Assembly (NCBI GenBank): GCA_034679225.1
Contig: JAXDBC010000074.1
Location: 2,009 to 66,008, forward strand
Reading direction: 5' to 3'
DNA: 64,000 bases
From: Bacteroidales bacterium
Lineage (GTDB): Bacteria; Bacteroidota; Bacteroidia; Bacteroidales; VadinHA17
Shown: positions 27,859 to 37,507 of the stretch, one piece after another
Layout of the letters: each line of letters begins with the position of its first letter
Position numbering within the stretch: position 1 is the first letter of the stretch
Notes under the pieces: generated by a model
Told to the model about the DNA's origin: nothing
What the model saw: only the letters and a program-made list of their open reading frames with translations
Database searches by the model: none
Position numbers and translations under genes: made by a program

Positions 27859-29409
27859 ATGGCTCAGGATGATGTTTTCAAGAAACTGGTGGCCCACAGC
27901 AAGGAATACGGCTACGTGTTCCCCTCAAGCGAGATTTATGACGGTCTAAGCGCAGTTTACGACTATGGGCAATACGGGGTTGAACTGAAGAACAACATTA
28001 AGAAATACTGGTGGGACAGCATGGTGCTTCTGAATGACAACATAGCAGGCCTCGATTCTGCTATCTTCATGCACCCAACCATCTGGAAAGCATCCGGGCA
28101 TGTCGACGCCTTCAACGACCCGCTTATTGACAACAGGGATTCCAAAAAGAGATACAGGGCCGACGTACTTATTGAAGAACAGCTCGCGAAGATCGAGGAT
28201 AAAATTAATAAAGAAGTTGAAAAGGCCAGGCGAAGATTCGGCGATGACTTCGATGAGAAGAAATTCAGGGAGACCAACCAGCGGGTTCTTGAAAACCAGA
28301 CCAGGATCGACGAACTGAATGCAAGGTTCTCAAAGGCAATGAACGACAACGATCTTGCCGGACTGCGGCAGATCATAATCGATAACGAGATAGTCTGCCC
28401 CGTTTCGGGCAGCAGGAACTGGACAGAAGTAAGGCAGTTCAACCTTATGTTTTCAACCGAAATGGGATCAACCCTCGAGGGATCAAGCAAGATATACCTG
28501 AGGCCCGAAACCGCGCAGGGGATATTCGTCAACTTTCTGAACGTCCAGAAAACCGGAAGGATGAAGATACCATTCGGAATAGCCCAGATCGGAAAGGCCT
28601 TCCGCAATGAGATAGTTGCCAGGCAGTTCATATTCAGGATGAGGGAATTCGAACAGATGGAAATGCAGTATTTCGTACAACCCGGAACCGAACTGGAATG
28701 GTTTGCCGTATGGAAGGAAGCCAGAATGAAATGGCACCAGGCCCTTGGATTCGGCACCGAAAATTACCGCTTTCACGACCATACAAAGCTCGCGCACTAT
28801 GCTAACGCGGCAACTGATATCGAGTACAGGTTCCCGTTCGGATTCAAGGAGGTGGAGGGCATCCATTCCCGGACCGATTATGACCTGAGCCAGCACCAGC
28901 AATTCAGCGGCAAAAAAATCCAGTACTTCGACCCCGAAAGAGGTGAATCGTATGTACCATACGTGATCGAGACATCAATCGGTGTCGACAGGATGTTCCT
29001 CCAGGTTCTGTCGGCATCATACGCTGAGGAGATTCTTGCAAAAGAAGACGGATCCTCCGATACCCGCGTTGTGCTGAGGCTCCCGGCATGCCTGGCTCCG
29101 GTCAAACTTGCAGTTATGCCCCTCGTGAAAAAAGACGGACTTCCTGAAATAGCTGAAAAGATAGTTCAGGATCTCAGGTTTGAATTCAACTGCCAGTACG
29201 ACGACAAGGATTCAATAGGAAGAAGATACCGCCGGCAGGATGCAATAGGAACACCATACTGCATTACTATTGACCACCAGACCATCGACGACGGATCGGT
29301 GACAATCAGGTATCGCGACTCAATGGAACAGGAAAGGGTGAAAATCGAAGCACTCCGCGATATCATTAAGGAAAAGGTAAGCATCGTCAGCATACTGAGA
29401 AAGATATGA
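27859..29409 (+). CDS. glyQS: Glycine--tRNA ligase (dimeric class II type)
   Basis: GVELKNNIK..WW, FRNEIVARQFIFRMREFEQMEMQYF and GVDR motifs, plus a C-terminal anticodon-binding domain. Confidence 0.9.
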   Translation: MAQDDVFKKLVAHSKEYGYVFPSSEIYDGLSAVYDYGQYGVELKNNIKKYWWDSMVLLNDNIAGLDSAIFMHPTIWKASGHVDAFNDPLIDNRDSKKRYRADVLIEEQLAKIEDKINKEVEKARRRFGDDFDEKKFRETNQRVLENQTRIDELNARFSKAMNDNDLAGLRQIIIDNEIVCPVSGSRNWTEVRQFNLMFSTEMGSTLEGSSKIYLRPETAQGIFVNFLNVQKTGRMKIPFGIAQIGKAFRNEIVARQFIFRMREFEQMEMQYFVQPGTELEWFAVWKEARMKWHQALGFGTENYRFHDHTKLAHYANAATDIEYRFPFGFKEVEGIHSRTDYDLSQHQQFSGKKIQYFDPERGESYVPYVIETSIGVDRMFLQVLSASYAEEILAKEDGSSDTRVVLRLPACLAPVKLAVMPLVKKDGLPEIAEKIVQDLRFEFNCQYDDKDSIGRRYRRQDAIGTPYCITIDHQTIDDGSVTIRYRDSMEQERVKIEALRDIIKEKVSIVSILRKI

Positions 29410-29410
29410 A

Positions 29411-30676
29411 ATGAAAAGAGTCCTGGTGATAAGCTATAACTGGCCTCCATCGGGCGGAATAGGCGTGCAGAGATGGCTCAAATTCTCGAAACACCTTCCT
29501 TCATACGGCTGGGAACCGGTTATTCTTACAGTCGACCCTGAATACGCCACATATCCTGCTACCGACATTTCCCTCCTCGGGGATATTCCTCCGGTTGAGG
29601 TCCATAAAACCAGGGCTGTCGACTGGTTCAGGCTTCTGTCGAAAGACAAATCAAAAATTCCGTCGGCGGGATTCGCGATGAATACAGGCAATTCGTTCAA
29701 AGACAAAGTATCGCGCTTCATCAGGGGAAACTTCTTCATACCCGATCCAAGAAGAGGCTGGAACGGATATGCCTTCAGAAAAGCCTGCGAAATAATTGAA
29801 TCAGAAAAAATTGACAGGATAATAACCACCAGTCCGCCCCATTCCACCCAGCTGATAGGGTACAGACTCAGGAAGAAATACCGGGGGATACGCTGGATTG
29901 CAGATCTGCGTGACCCCTGGACTGATATCTACTATTACAAGAAATTCTACCCCACCCCGCTTTCACGGATGATCGACAGCTCATGGGAAAAAAAAGTGCT
30001 TCAAAAAGCTGATATAATTACAACTGTCGGAGGATCACTTAAAACTCTGCTGGGATCGAAAGCTGAAGGAATAGAGGAAAAGATCCATGTCGTGTCAAAC
30101 GGGTACGACCTGGATGATTTCAGGGGTATGAACGCCGCTTTTCCGGAAGTTTTCACAATATCCTATATTGGTTCCCTTTCCGCGATCCAGCCGGTGGACG
30201 GTTTCCTTGATGCCCTCAGGATCGTTTCAGGAAAAAGCATTCAATACAACTTAAGCTTTACCGGCCCTGTGCCTCCCGATATCAGGGATACTCTCAGCAG
30301 CTGTGCCGGTGAAGCAAATATCAACTTCACACCATTCTCAAACCATCCGACGGCATTGAGAAACATGTTAGAAGCCAGTGCATTGCTTCTGATAATACCG
30401 GATCACAAGAGCTCCCGTAGCATAATTACAGGGAAAATGTTCGAGTATCTTGCCGCGGGCAAACCAGTCATATGCCTTGGCCCGCCCGATGGCGACGCGG
30501 CAGGAATACTGAATGAAACAGGGCATGGCAAAACCTTTGATTACAACGACGCGGCCGGGATTGCCGGATATATCGAAGAACTGGCGCTGAACAGGAATCC
30601 TTCCTACATGCCCCCCCCTGAGTCGTATTCACGGAATAATATTGCAAAAAAAGTTGCAGAACTTCTTGAAAAATGA
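29411..30676 (+). CDS. GT-B fold glycosyltransferase (GT4-like)
   Basis: N-terminus MKRVLVISYNWPPSGGIGVQR and C-terminal donor-binding block GKMFEYLAAGKPVICLG. Starts 2 nt after the glyQS stop. Confidence 0.7.
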   Translation: MKRVLVISYNWPPSGGIGVQRWLKFSKHLPSYGWEPVILTVDPEYATYPATDISLLGDIPPVEVHKTRAVDWFRLLSKDKSKIPSAGFAMNTGNSFKDKVSRFIRGNFFIPDPRRGWNGYAFRKACEIIESEKIDRIITTSPPHSTQLIGYRLRKKYRGIRWIADLRDPWTDIYYYKKFYPTPLSRMIDSSWEKKVLQKADIITTVGGSLKTLLGSKAEGIEEKIHVVSNGYDLDDFRGMNAAFPEVFTISYIGSLSAIQPVDGFLDALRIVSGKSIQYNLSFTGPVPPDIRDTLSSCAGEANINFTPFSNHPTALRNMLEASALLLIIPDHKSSRSIITGKMFEYLAAGKPVICLGPPDGDAAGILNETGHGKTFDYNDAAGIAGYIEELALNRNPSYMPPPESYSRNNIAKKVAELLEK

Positions 30677-31887
30677 GAATCGGTGTTGTAGTCGATAATG
30701 AGCTTAATGATGACAAGCGTGTTCTGAAGGAGATCCGTATCCTGCAGGAAGCCGGGCACCAGGCAGCGGTGCTTTGCTTCGGATTTGACAATAAGGAATA
30801 CCCGGCGCCCGGAAACTTTGCCGTAAGCAGGATCAGGATCAGCAAACGACTGAAAAACATCCTTTTCTTCCTTCTTAACAGCATTCCCGCATACGAATGG
30901 ATGTGGAGCAGAAAAATCAGTACTTTCATCTCTGTAAACCGCATCGAAGCGCTGCATGTACATGACCTTTACATGTCGAAGGCAGCTGCAGGAGGAATAA
31001 AGAAGGCGGGGAGGAGCATTCCTATTGTTCTTGATCTTCATGAGAACTACCCCTATGCAGTCAGATCATACAACTGGACAAAAGGATTCCTCAGGAACCT
31101 GATAGCCAGACCTCTTGCCTGGCAGCACAAGGAAAGGGAATATCTCGGCTATGCCTCCAAAATAATAGTGCTGAGCGAGGATTTCAGGAATACTCTTACT
31201 GAAAGGTATCCATCACTCGAAAAGGAAAGATTCGTCGTATTCCCCAATGTGCCTGACCTCTTGCAGACAGACTCCGTCTCAGAAACAGCACCGGGAATAG
31301 TACCGGACAGCAGCAGGCCGGTGGTGCTGTACTTCGGTGTGGTTGCTGAACGGCGTGGTATTTTCGATGTTCTTAATGTATTTGAAAAACTCGCGGGGGA
31401 AAACCATCCGTCGAGATTCCTGATAATCGGCCCGGTGGACAAAGCCGACAGGCAAAGGTTTTTTGAGATCATAAACTCTGAAAATCTCGACAACATAGTG
31501 TATTACATCCCCTGGATCGACCTGTCGGAATTGATGGTTTATCTCGATATTTCCGATATCTGCATAGCTCCGTTTCACAAGAATCCTCAGCATGAATCGG
31601 GAGTTGCAAACAAGGTTTTCGACTACATGCTCGGGAAAAAGCCCCTGATCGTTTCGGATTGCAAACCGCAGGCGGAAATTGTTGAAAAGTTCAAATGCGG
31701 GATAGTCTACAAAAACAATGAGGAACTGAAAGAGGCAATTGAAACATTGTCAGCCGATCCGGTACTCAGGAAAGAAATGGGGGAAAACGCCTATATGGCT
31801 GTGACCGGACATTTCAACCTGGAACTGGTAAAAAAAGAGCTTATCAGACTGTATGACGAACTTCAGACTGCCTTTCATAAAACCTGA
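30673..31887 (+). CDS. Glycosyltransferase family 4 (GT-B)
   Basis: The C-terminal block ESGVANKVFDYMLGKKPLIVSD fits the GT4 E-x7-E region. 4-nt ATGA overlap with the upstream gene. Confidence 0.75.
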   Translation: MRIGVVVDNELNDDKRVLKEIRILQEAGHQAAVLCFGFDNKEYPAPGNFAVSRIRISKRLKNILFFLLNSIPAYEWMWSRKISTFISVNRIEALHVHDLYMSKAAAGGIKKAGRSIPIVLDLHENYPYAVRSYNWTKGFLRNLIARPLAWQHKEREYLGYASKIIVLSEDFRNTLTERYPSLEKERFVVFPNVPDLLQTDSVSETAPGIVPDSSRPVVLYFGVVAERRGIFDVLNVFEKLAGENHPSRFLIIGPVDKADRQRFFEIINSENLDNIVYYIPWIDLSELMVYLDISDICIAPFHKNPQHESGVANKVFDYMLGKKPLIVSDCKPQAEIVEKFKCGIVYKNNEELKEAIETLSADPVLRKEMGENAYMAVTGHFNLELVKKELIRLYDELQTAFHKT

Positions 31888-31899
31888 ACAAAAAAACCT

Positions 31900-32427
31900 A
31901 TGGATAAGGTGAGACAAAAAAGATTTGAGAATACTCTCAGTTTTGTAAGAAAGCATCTTAAAACTGACGAAGTAATACTTGATCTTGGAAAAACTAATGA
32001 ACTGTCTGATTTTCTCAGGCAGAACGGCTTTGTTAATCTGACCAATACAAGCGGTGAGGATCTGGATGTAGATTTTCAAATTGTTACAAAGTATCGGGCC
32101 ATAACGGCATTCCAGATTTTCGAGCATATGTTTGCACCTTTCAACCTCTTGAATGCATCAGGAGGAAAGCTTATAGCGTCAGTGCCTTTAAGACTGTGGT
32201 TTGCAAAGGAATATTGGAATATAAATGACAGGCGGGACTGCCATTATCATGAGTTTTCGATCAGGCAGTTCAACCATCTGCTTGAAAGGACAGGATGGAA
32301 AATAAAAGACTATCAACTCTGGAAATCCCACGATAAATCGTGGGGCATAAGGCCTTTGCTCCGAAGATTCTACCCAAGGTATTATATCGTTTATGCCGAA
32401 AAACAGATATTACAAGCCGGCACATAA
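31900..32427 (+). CDS. Methyltransferase-like protein with a degenerate SAM motif I
   Basis: VILDLGKTNE stands in the place of the usual (V/I)LD(L/I)GCG. ITAFQIFEHMFAPFNLL..GGKLIASVP resembles the post-I/II region of class I methyltransferases. Confidence 0.45.
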   Translation: MDKVRQKRFENTLSFVRKHLKTDEVILDLGKTNELSDFLRQNGFVNLTNTSGEDLDVDFQIVTKYRAITAFQIFEHMFAPFNLLNASGGKLIASVPLRLWFAKEYWNINDRRDCHYHEFSIRQFNHLLERTGWKIKDYQLWKSHDKSWGIRPLLRRFYPRYYIVYAEKQILQAGT

Positions 32428-32518
32428 GACTGAAAGGATACTGCCGGTCAATTCCTTTTACAATACCTGGATCGGAAATTCATTTGTTTCACTTACTTTT
32501 AGGATTTGATAGCTGCCA

Positions 32519-34045
32519 ATGTCGCTTATGTTGAATCCGATCAGACAAAGCATTAAAGGGTCTGTAATTTACGGACTGGGAAACATAGCCGTCAAGGTTG
32601 TGGGATTTCTCCTGATCCCTCTTTATACCGATCCCAGGTACTTTTCCGTGGAAGACTTCGGGATAATTGCCGTTCTCGACATCTCCGGCCTGATACTTAT
32701 CTCCCTTATGGCTTCCGGACTCCCCCAAAGCCTGATGAGATGGTATTGGGACAAGGATTACTCATCCGACAGGAAGGGGATCTTCTTCATGTCGCTCTCC
32801 ATCCAGATACTGATAAGTTTATTGTTCTGCACCTTGCTGATCCCTGCAAGCCGACCCCTGTCAAGGGCTGTCTTCGACACGGATATCATGTCGGATGCCA
32901 TCAAACTGCTGGTGTTATCCTCGGCACTTCAGGCAATAAACAACCTTATAAACAGCCTGATGAGGGTGCAGGCAAGGGCGGCTCTTTTTTCAGCGTCAAA
33001 CCTGCTGAAGCTGATAACCGTGCTCGGCCTTACAATATATTTTATCACGGTCAGGGGCATGGGAATAAAGGGTATCTATCTTGCCCAGGTTATCGGCAAC
33101 CTGCTGTTCGTCGTTTTCCTGTCAGCTTATACAATACGGAACTGTAAACCCTTTTTTAACCGGGCCCTGATGGCTTCGATGAGCCGCTTTGGCTTCCCCC
33201 TGATGATGGCGAACCTGGCAACAGCAGTTCTGACTGCCGTCGACAGGTACGCTCTTAACTCAATGGCCCTGCTGAAATTTGTGGCTATTTATACCATGGC
33301 CTACAAAATAGCATCGGTGCTGAAACTGGTGATAGTCGATTCGATAAAGATGGCTCTCACTCCCATGGCCCTGAAAAAGATGAACACCACCGACAACCAC
33401 CTGTTCTACAAAAAGTCGATGCTGTATTCATCATACGTTCTGATGCTGGGCATAATCACAATCTCCCTTTTTTCATACGAAATACTTAAGATAATAGCCA
33501 AATCGGCCAGTTTCTGGAGCGCCTGGATGGTGGTGCCCATCCTTGCCCTTTCTGTATTCTTTGTGAATATGAGGGAGACTACCAGCTACGGCCTGCTGAT
33601 CAAAAGAAATTCAAAAGTGATCGGGATCAATGTAGTGATCGCGACAGTCCTCAACATTGTACTCAACATCCTGCTTATCCCGGTCTGGAATGTTTTCGGA
33701 ACGGCTATTGCCACTCTTTTGACTCAGATTGTTTACTGGCAGCTGAACTACCATTTTTCCCAGAAGGAGTATTTTATCCCTTACGAACTCAGGAAAATTA
33801 CAATGATGTTTGTAACAGGAACAATACTGTCGTTTGCAGGGCTGGTTCTTAACGAAATTAACCTTGTGCCGCGCCTTCTCCTGAAGCTACTGTGCATTGC
33901 CGTATTTCCATTAATCCTGTATCTTCTCAACTTCTATGAACAGGCTGAATTGCAGGCTTTAAAAGGACTTGTACGAAAATGGTCCGATATCCGGAAGCTG
34001 GGCGAGAATCTGCGGTCGCTCAGGGACACTGAGGAAGAAATTTAG
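32519..34045 (+). CDS. Oligosaccharide flippase (Wzx-like, MOP superfamily)
   Basis: 508-aa polytopic protein (about 12-14 TM helices) with the N-terminal pattern typical of polysaccharide biosynthesis/flippase proteins (GSVIYGLGNIAVKVVGFLLIPLYT). Confidence 0.75.
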   Translation: MSLMLNPIRQSIKGSVIYGLGNIAVKVVGFLLIPLYTDPRYFSVEDFGIIAVLDISGLILISLMASGLPQSLMRWYWDKDYSSDRKGIFFMSLSIQILISLLFCTLLIPASRPLSRAVFDTDIMSDAIKLLVLSSALQAINNLINSLMRVQARAALFSASNLLKLITVLGLTIYFITVRGMGIKGIYLAQVIGNLLFVVFLSAYTIRNCKPFFNRALMASMSRFGFPLMMANLATAVLTAVDRYALNSMALLKFVAIYTMAYKIASVLKLVIVDSIKMALTPMALKKMNTTDNHLFYKKSMLYSSYVLMLGIITISLFSYEILKIIAKSASFWSAWMVVPILALSVFFVNMRETTSYGLLIKRNSKVIGINVVIATVLNIVLNILLIPVWNVFGTAIATLLTQIVYWQLNYHFSQKEYFIPYELRKITMMFVTGTILSFAGLVLNEINLVPRLLLKLLCIAVFPLILYLLNFYEQAELQALKGLVRKWSDIRKLGENLRSLRDTEEEI

Positions 34046-34114
34046 AAGGCTGCCACGATCAGGCCTGCATAATACAGCTTAATTAGGTAATTTTGCCAGA
34101 TATACCCATTGATT

Positions 34115-36598
34115 ATGGAATTAAAAGAAAGGATCAAGCCGGCACTGCCGCATATCATTGCACTGGCGCTTTTCACCCTCCTGGCGTTCGTGTACTTCTA
34201 CCCGGTACTCGAAGGAAAAGTGCTTCAGGCAAACGACACCACGGTATCAAACATCAACGCTAAGGAAATAAGGGATTACCGTGAAAAGAACAACAGGGAA
34301 GCTCTCTGGACAAACTCCATATTCAGCGGGATGCCTGCCTACCTGATATCCACCAAATACCCCGGCAACCTGTTAAAACATGCCGACAACGTTCTCAGAG
34401 TTTTCAAAATGCCTGTATCGGTCCTCTTTCTGTCAATGGCGGGATTCTACCTTCTGCTACTGATGTTCGGACTTAAGCAACGGCTTGCCATTGCAGGTGC
34501 AATTGCCTTTGCCTTTTCTTCTTTCTTCTTTCAGATACTTGCTGCCGGCCATAACACACAGGCTATCGCGCTGGCATACATGGCTCCTGTGATAGGGGGA
34601 GTCTGGTACGCCTACCGCCGCGATGCAATAAGGGGAGCCCTGATCACAGCTTTCTTCCTGACCCTTGAGCTTACCGCAAATCATCTTCAGATAAGCTACT
34701 ACGCTGCCATGATCATCCTTGTGTTCATTATTACCGAATCCATCTGGTCATTGAAGGAAAAGAGCTTCCCGAAGTTTCTGAAGACATCACTTATTATGCT
34801 TGTTCCGCTTGCATTGGCTGTGGGTATCAACTTCGCCAACCTCAATACCGTGAGGGAGTATGGCAAATACTCGATCAGGGGCAAGTCGGAACTGCAGGCG
34901 GAACACAGTAATGTGTCGGCCGGACTCGACAGGGATTATATAGTTCACTGGAGCTACGGAGTTGATGAAACCATGAACCTTCTTATCCCCAATTACAAGG
35001 GCGGCTCATCAAAGCCTTTCGACAGGGATTCGGAAACGGTAAAGGCGCTCAGACAGAACAACGCGGCTGAGTACTCTAACCAGATGTTGAAGTACTGGGG
35101 AACACAACCCTTTACCGATGGCCCTCATTACATGGGTGCGATAGTGATTTTCCTGTTCGTCCTTGGACTGGTTGTAGTAAAAGGAAGGGAAAAATGGTGG
35201 CTTCTGTCAGCCACAGTGTTGTCGGTGATGCTGTCGTGGGGTAAGAATTTCATGCCCTTTACCAACCTTTTCATCGATTTCTTCCCCGGCTATAACAAAT
35301 TCAGGGCCGTTTCCATGACTCTGGTAATGGCCCAGTTCTGCATCCCGCTTCTCGGCTTCCTGGCGTTGCGAAACTACATGAACGGCTTCCTGCCGAAGAA
35401 AACCCTGCTGAACGGACTTAAAACGGCTGCCGGGATAACAGGAGGGATAGTTCTTCTTGTGCTGATCTTCCCGGGAATTGCCGGTTCGTTCCTGAACCCA
35501 ATGGAGAGCGGTTTACCCGACTGGCTTAAGGATGCACTTGTAAGCGATCGCAAGGGTTTGCTGAGAGCCGACAGCTTCAGATCTCTCCTTTTCATAGTGC
35601 TTGGCGCCGGAACTCTGTTCGCATTTATTGAGGGCAAGCTGAAAAAAGAATACGCTACCCTGCTACTGGGAGCTCTGATACTTTTCGATCTGTGGGGAGC
35701 AGGAAAAAGATACCTGGGAGCTGACCGCTTTGAAAGGCCTTCAGTGATCCAGAAATCATTCACCCCCGGAATTGCCGACAATGAAATACTTAAAGACCAG
35801 TCATACAAACGAGTGCTAAACCTTACAACCTCTGTATTCAATGATAACTCTCCCACCTCGTGGTTCCACAAATCGATAGGAGGTTATCACGGGGCCAAGC
35901 TTAAAAGATATCAGGAACTTATCGATTCAGCCATAAGCCGCGAACTGGGAATGTTCCAGACCGCCTTTCAGAATGCCGGACAGGTAAGGACCGTGGAAGA
36001 ACTGAGCAGACACCTGATACCTGTTTTCAGCAACACGACAGCCCTGAACATGCTCAATACCAAATATGTAATTGTCGACCCCCAGTCGCCGCCGGTTATA
36101 AACCCGAATGCCCTCGGAAATGCATGGTTCGTGGCAAAAGCACATATGGCCGCCAATGCAAATGAGGAGCTTGCCGCCTTAAGAACTATCAATCCCGCTA
36201 TTGAAACAGTAATTGACTCAAGGTTCAGTGAATATGTCAAAACAACTCAATACGATGTTTCGGAAAGCGACCGCATCGAACTGCTGTCATACCAGCCAAA
36301 CGAACTGATATACAGGTATGAAACAGGAGGAGAAAGGCTTGCTGTCTTCTCAGATATTTATTATCCCGGAGGATGGCTTTGTTATGTCGACGGAAACGAA
36401 AGCGATCATTTCAGGGCAAACTACGTTCTAAGGGCAATGGTACTTCCCGGAGGCAGCCACGAGCTGAAATTCGTATTCGAACCCCCAAGCTATATCAACG
36501 GCAACAGGATATCGCTGGCAAGCTCGCTTATCCTGATCCTCCTTGTTGCAGGATACTTCGCTTCCGGATTCTTGAAAAAGAAAAAAAACGAGGGATGA
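34115..36598 (+). CDS. YfhO-family (GT-C-like) polytopic membrane protein
   Basis: Large N-terminal multi-TM region, a soluble extracytoplasmic C-terminal domain and a final TM helix (ISLASSLILILLVAGYF), as in YfhO-type proteins. ATG at 34115 preferred over TTG at 34109. Confidence 0.65.
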   Translation: MELKERIKPALPHIIALALFTLLAFVYFYPVLEGKVLQANDTTVSNINAKEIRDYREKNNREALWTNSIFSGMPAYLISTKYPGNLLKHADNVLRVFKMPVSVLFLSMAGFYLLLLMFGLKQRLAIAGAIAFAFSSFFFQILAAGHNTQAIALAYMAPVIGGVWYAYRRDAIRGALITAFFLTLELTANHLQISYYAAMIILVFIITESIWSLKEKSFPKFLKTSLIMLVPLALAVGINFANLNTVREYGKYSIRGKSELQAEHSNVSAGLDRDYIVHWSYGVDETMNLLIPNYKGGSSKPFDRDSETVKALRQNNAAEYSNQMLKYWGTQPFTDGPHYMGAIVIFLFVLGLVVVKGREKWWLLSATVLSVMLSWGKNFMPFTNLFIDFFPGYNKFRAVSMTLVMAQFCIPLLGFLALRNYMNGFLPKKTLLNGLKTAAGITGGIVLLVLIFPGIAGSFLNPMESGLPDWLKDALVSDRKGLLRADSFRSLLFIVLGAGTLFAFIEGKLKKEYATLLLGALILFDLWGAGKRYLGADRFERPSVIQKSFTPGIADNEILKDQSYKRVLNLTTSVFNDNSPTSWFHKSIGGYHGAKLKRYQELIDSAISRELGMFQTAFQNAGQVRTVEELSRHLIPVFSNTTALNMLNTKYVIVDPQSPPVINPNALGNAWFVAKAHMAANANEELAALRTINPAIETVIDSRFSEYVKTTQYDVSESDRIELLSYQPNELIYRYETGGERLAVFSDIYYPGGWLCYVDGNESDHFRANYVLRAMVLPGGSHELKFVFEPPSYINGNRISLASSLILILLVAGYFASGFLKKKKNEG

Positions 36599-37488
36599 CA
36601 AAGGGCCTGACATGTCCGCTGTGCTCATCAGCCGGGCCTTCCCGCTATCTCACATGTACCGACTACCTGGTGAGCAGGGAAAGCTTCGATCTTTATAAAT
36701 GCCCTCAATGCGGTTTTGTTTTTACCCATAACCCTCCCGCCGAAGAAGATTCAGGCCGGTATTACGACTCTCCGGAATACATATCCCACGACGACAAGGC
36801 CGGGGGCTTTGTTAACATGATATACCTTCAGGCAAGGAATTTAATGCTTGCCCGGAAGAAACGACTGGTTGAGAAGAACACAAGGATCAGCGGAGGAAGC
36901 ATACTTGACATTGGATGCGGAACAGGATGGTTCGCCGGAACAATGAAGAAAGCCGGCTGGAAAGTCACAGGGATTGAGCCTAACGGGAAGGCCGGGGAAT
37001 TTGCATCGGCCCATGCAGGCATCGATGTCCTGCATCCTTCAGCAATTTCCAAACTGCCCGGAGCTAACTTCGACTGCATTACAATGTGGCATGTCCTTGA
37101 ACATTTTCACAATCCTGCAAATTATATAATTGAGATAAAAAGACTTTTGAAGCCGGGAGGCTTGTGCATTGCCGCCCTGCCTAACTGCAGCTCGCACGAT
37201 GCCATGCATTACGGGAAAGATTGGGCTGCATGGGATGTACCCCGGCATCTGTGGCACTTCACACCCGCCACTTTCAGGCTCTTTGCTGAAAAGGAAGGAT
37301 TTGTCATCCGGAGTATAGTTCCGCTTCCACTTGATGTTTTCTATATCTCAGCCCTGAGCGAAAAGAACCGGCGATCGCTGATACCATTTGCTAAAGGAAT
37401 GATAAAGGCTTTGTTTTTTTCGCTTAAATCTTTATCCGACAAGGGAAAAAACAGCTCACTGATCTATTTTCTTGAAACAAAAAACTGA
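36595..37488 (+). CDS. Class I SAM-dependent methyltransferase with an N-terminal zinc ribbon
   Basis: CPLC..(x)..CPQC zinc ribbon, motif I ILDIGCGTGWF, and MWHVLEHF. The ATG at 36595 overlaps the upstream stop (ATGA). The tracked 36373 start lies inside the YfhO gene. Confidence 0.8.
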   Translation: MTKGLTCPLCSSAGPSRYLTCTDYLVSRESFDLYKCPQCGFVFTHNPPAEEDSGRYYDSPEYISHDDKAGGFVNMIYLQARNLMLARKKRLVEKNTRISGGSILDIGCGTGWFAGTMKKAGWKVTGIEPNGKAGEFASAHAGIDVLHPSAISKLPGANFDCITMWHVLEHFHNPANYIIEIKRLLKPGGLCIAALPNCSSHDAMHYGKDWAAWDVPRHLWHFTPATFRLFAEKEGFVIRSIVPLPLDVFYISALSEKNRRSLIPFAKGMIKALFFSLKSLSDKGKNSSLIYFLETKN

Positions 37489-37507
37489 CCGGGATTTCCT
37501 CACAATG

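Noticed and set aside
27963-28757. 264-aa minus-strand ORF inside glyQS
   Set aside because: It is a shadow ORF opposite a highly recognisable class II aaRS. Its Ser/Leu/Phe-rich translation has no motifs.
36373-36594. Upstream 74-aa extension of the methyltransferase ORF
   Set aside because: It lies wholly inside the YfhO-like gene in another frame and is Arg/Lys-rich junk. The ATG at 36595 forms an ATGA stop-start overlap.
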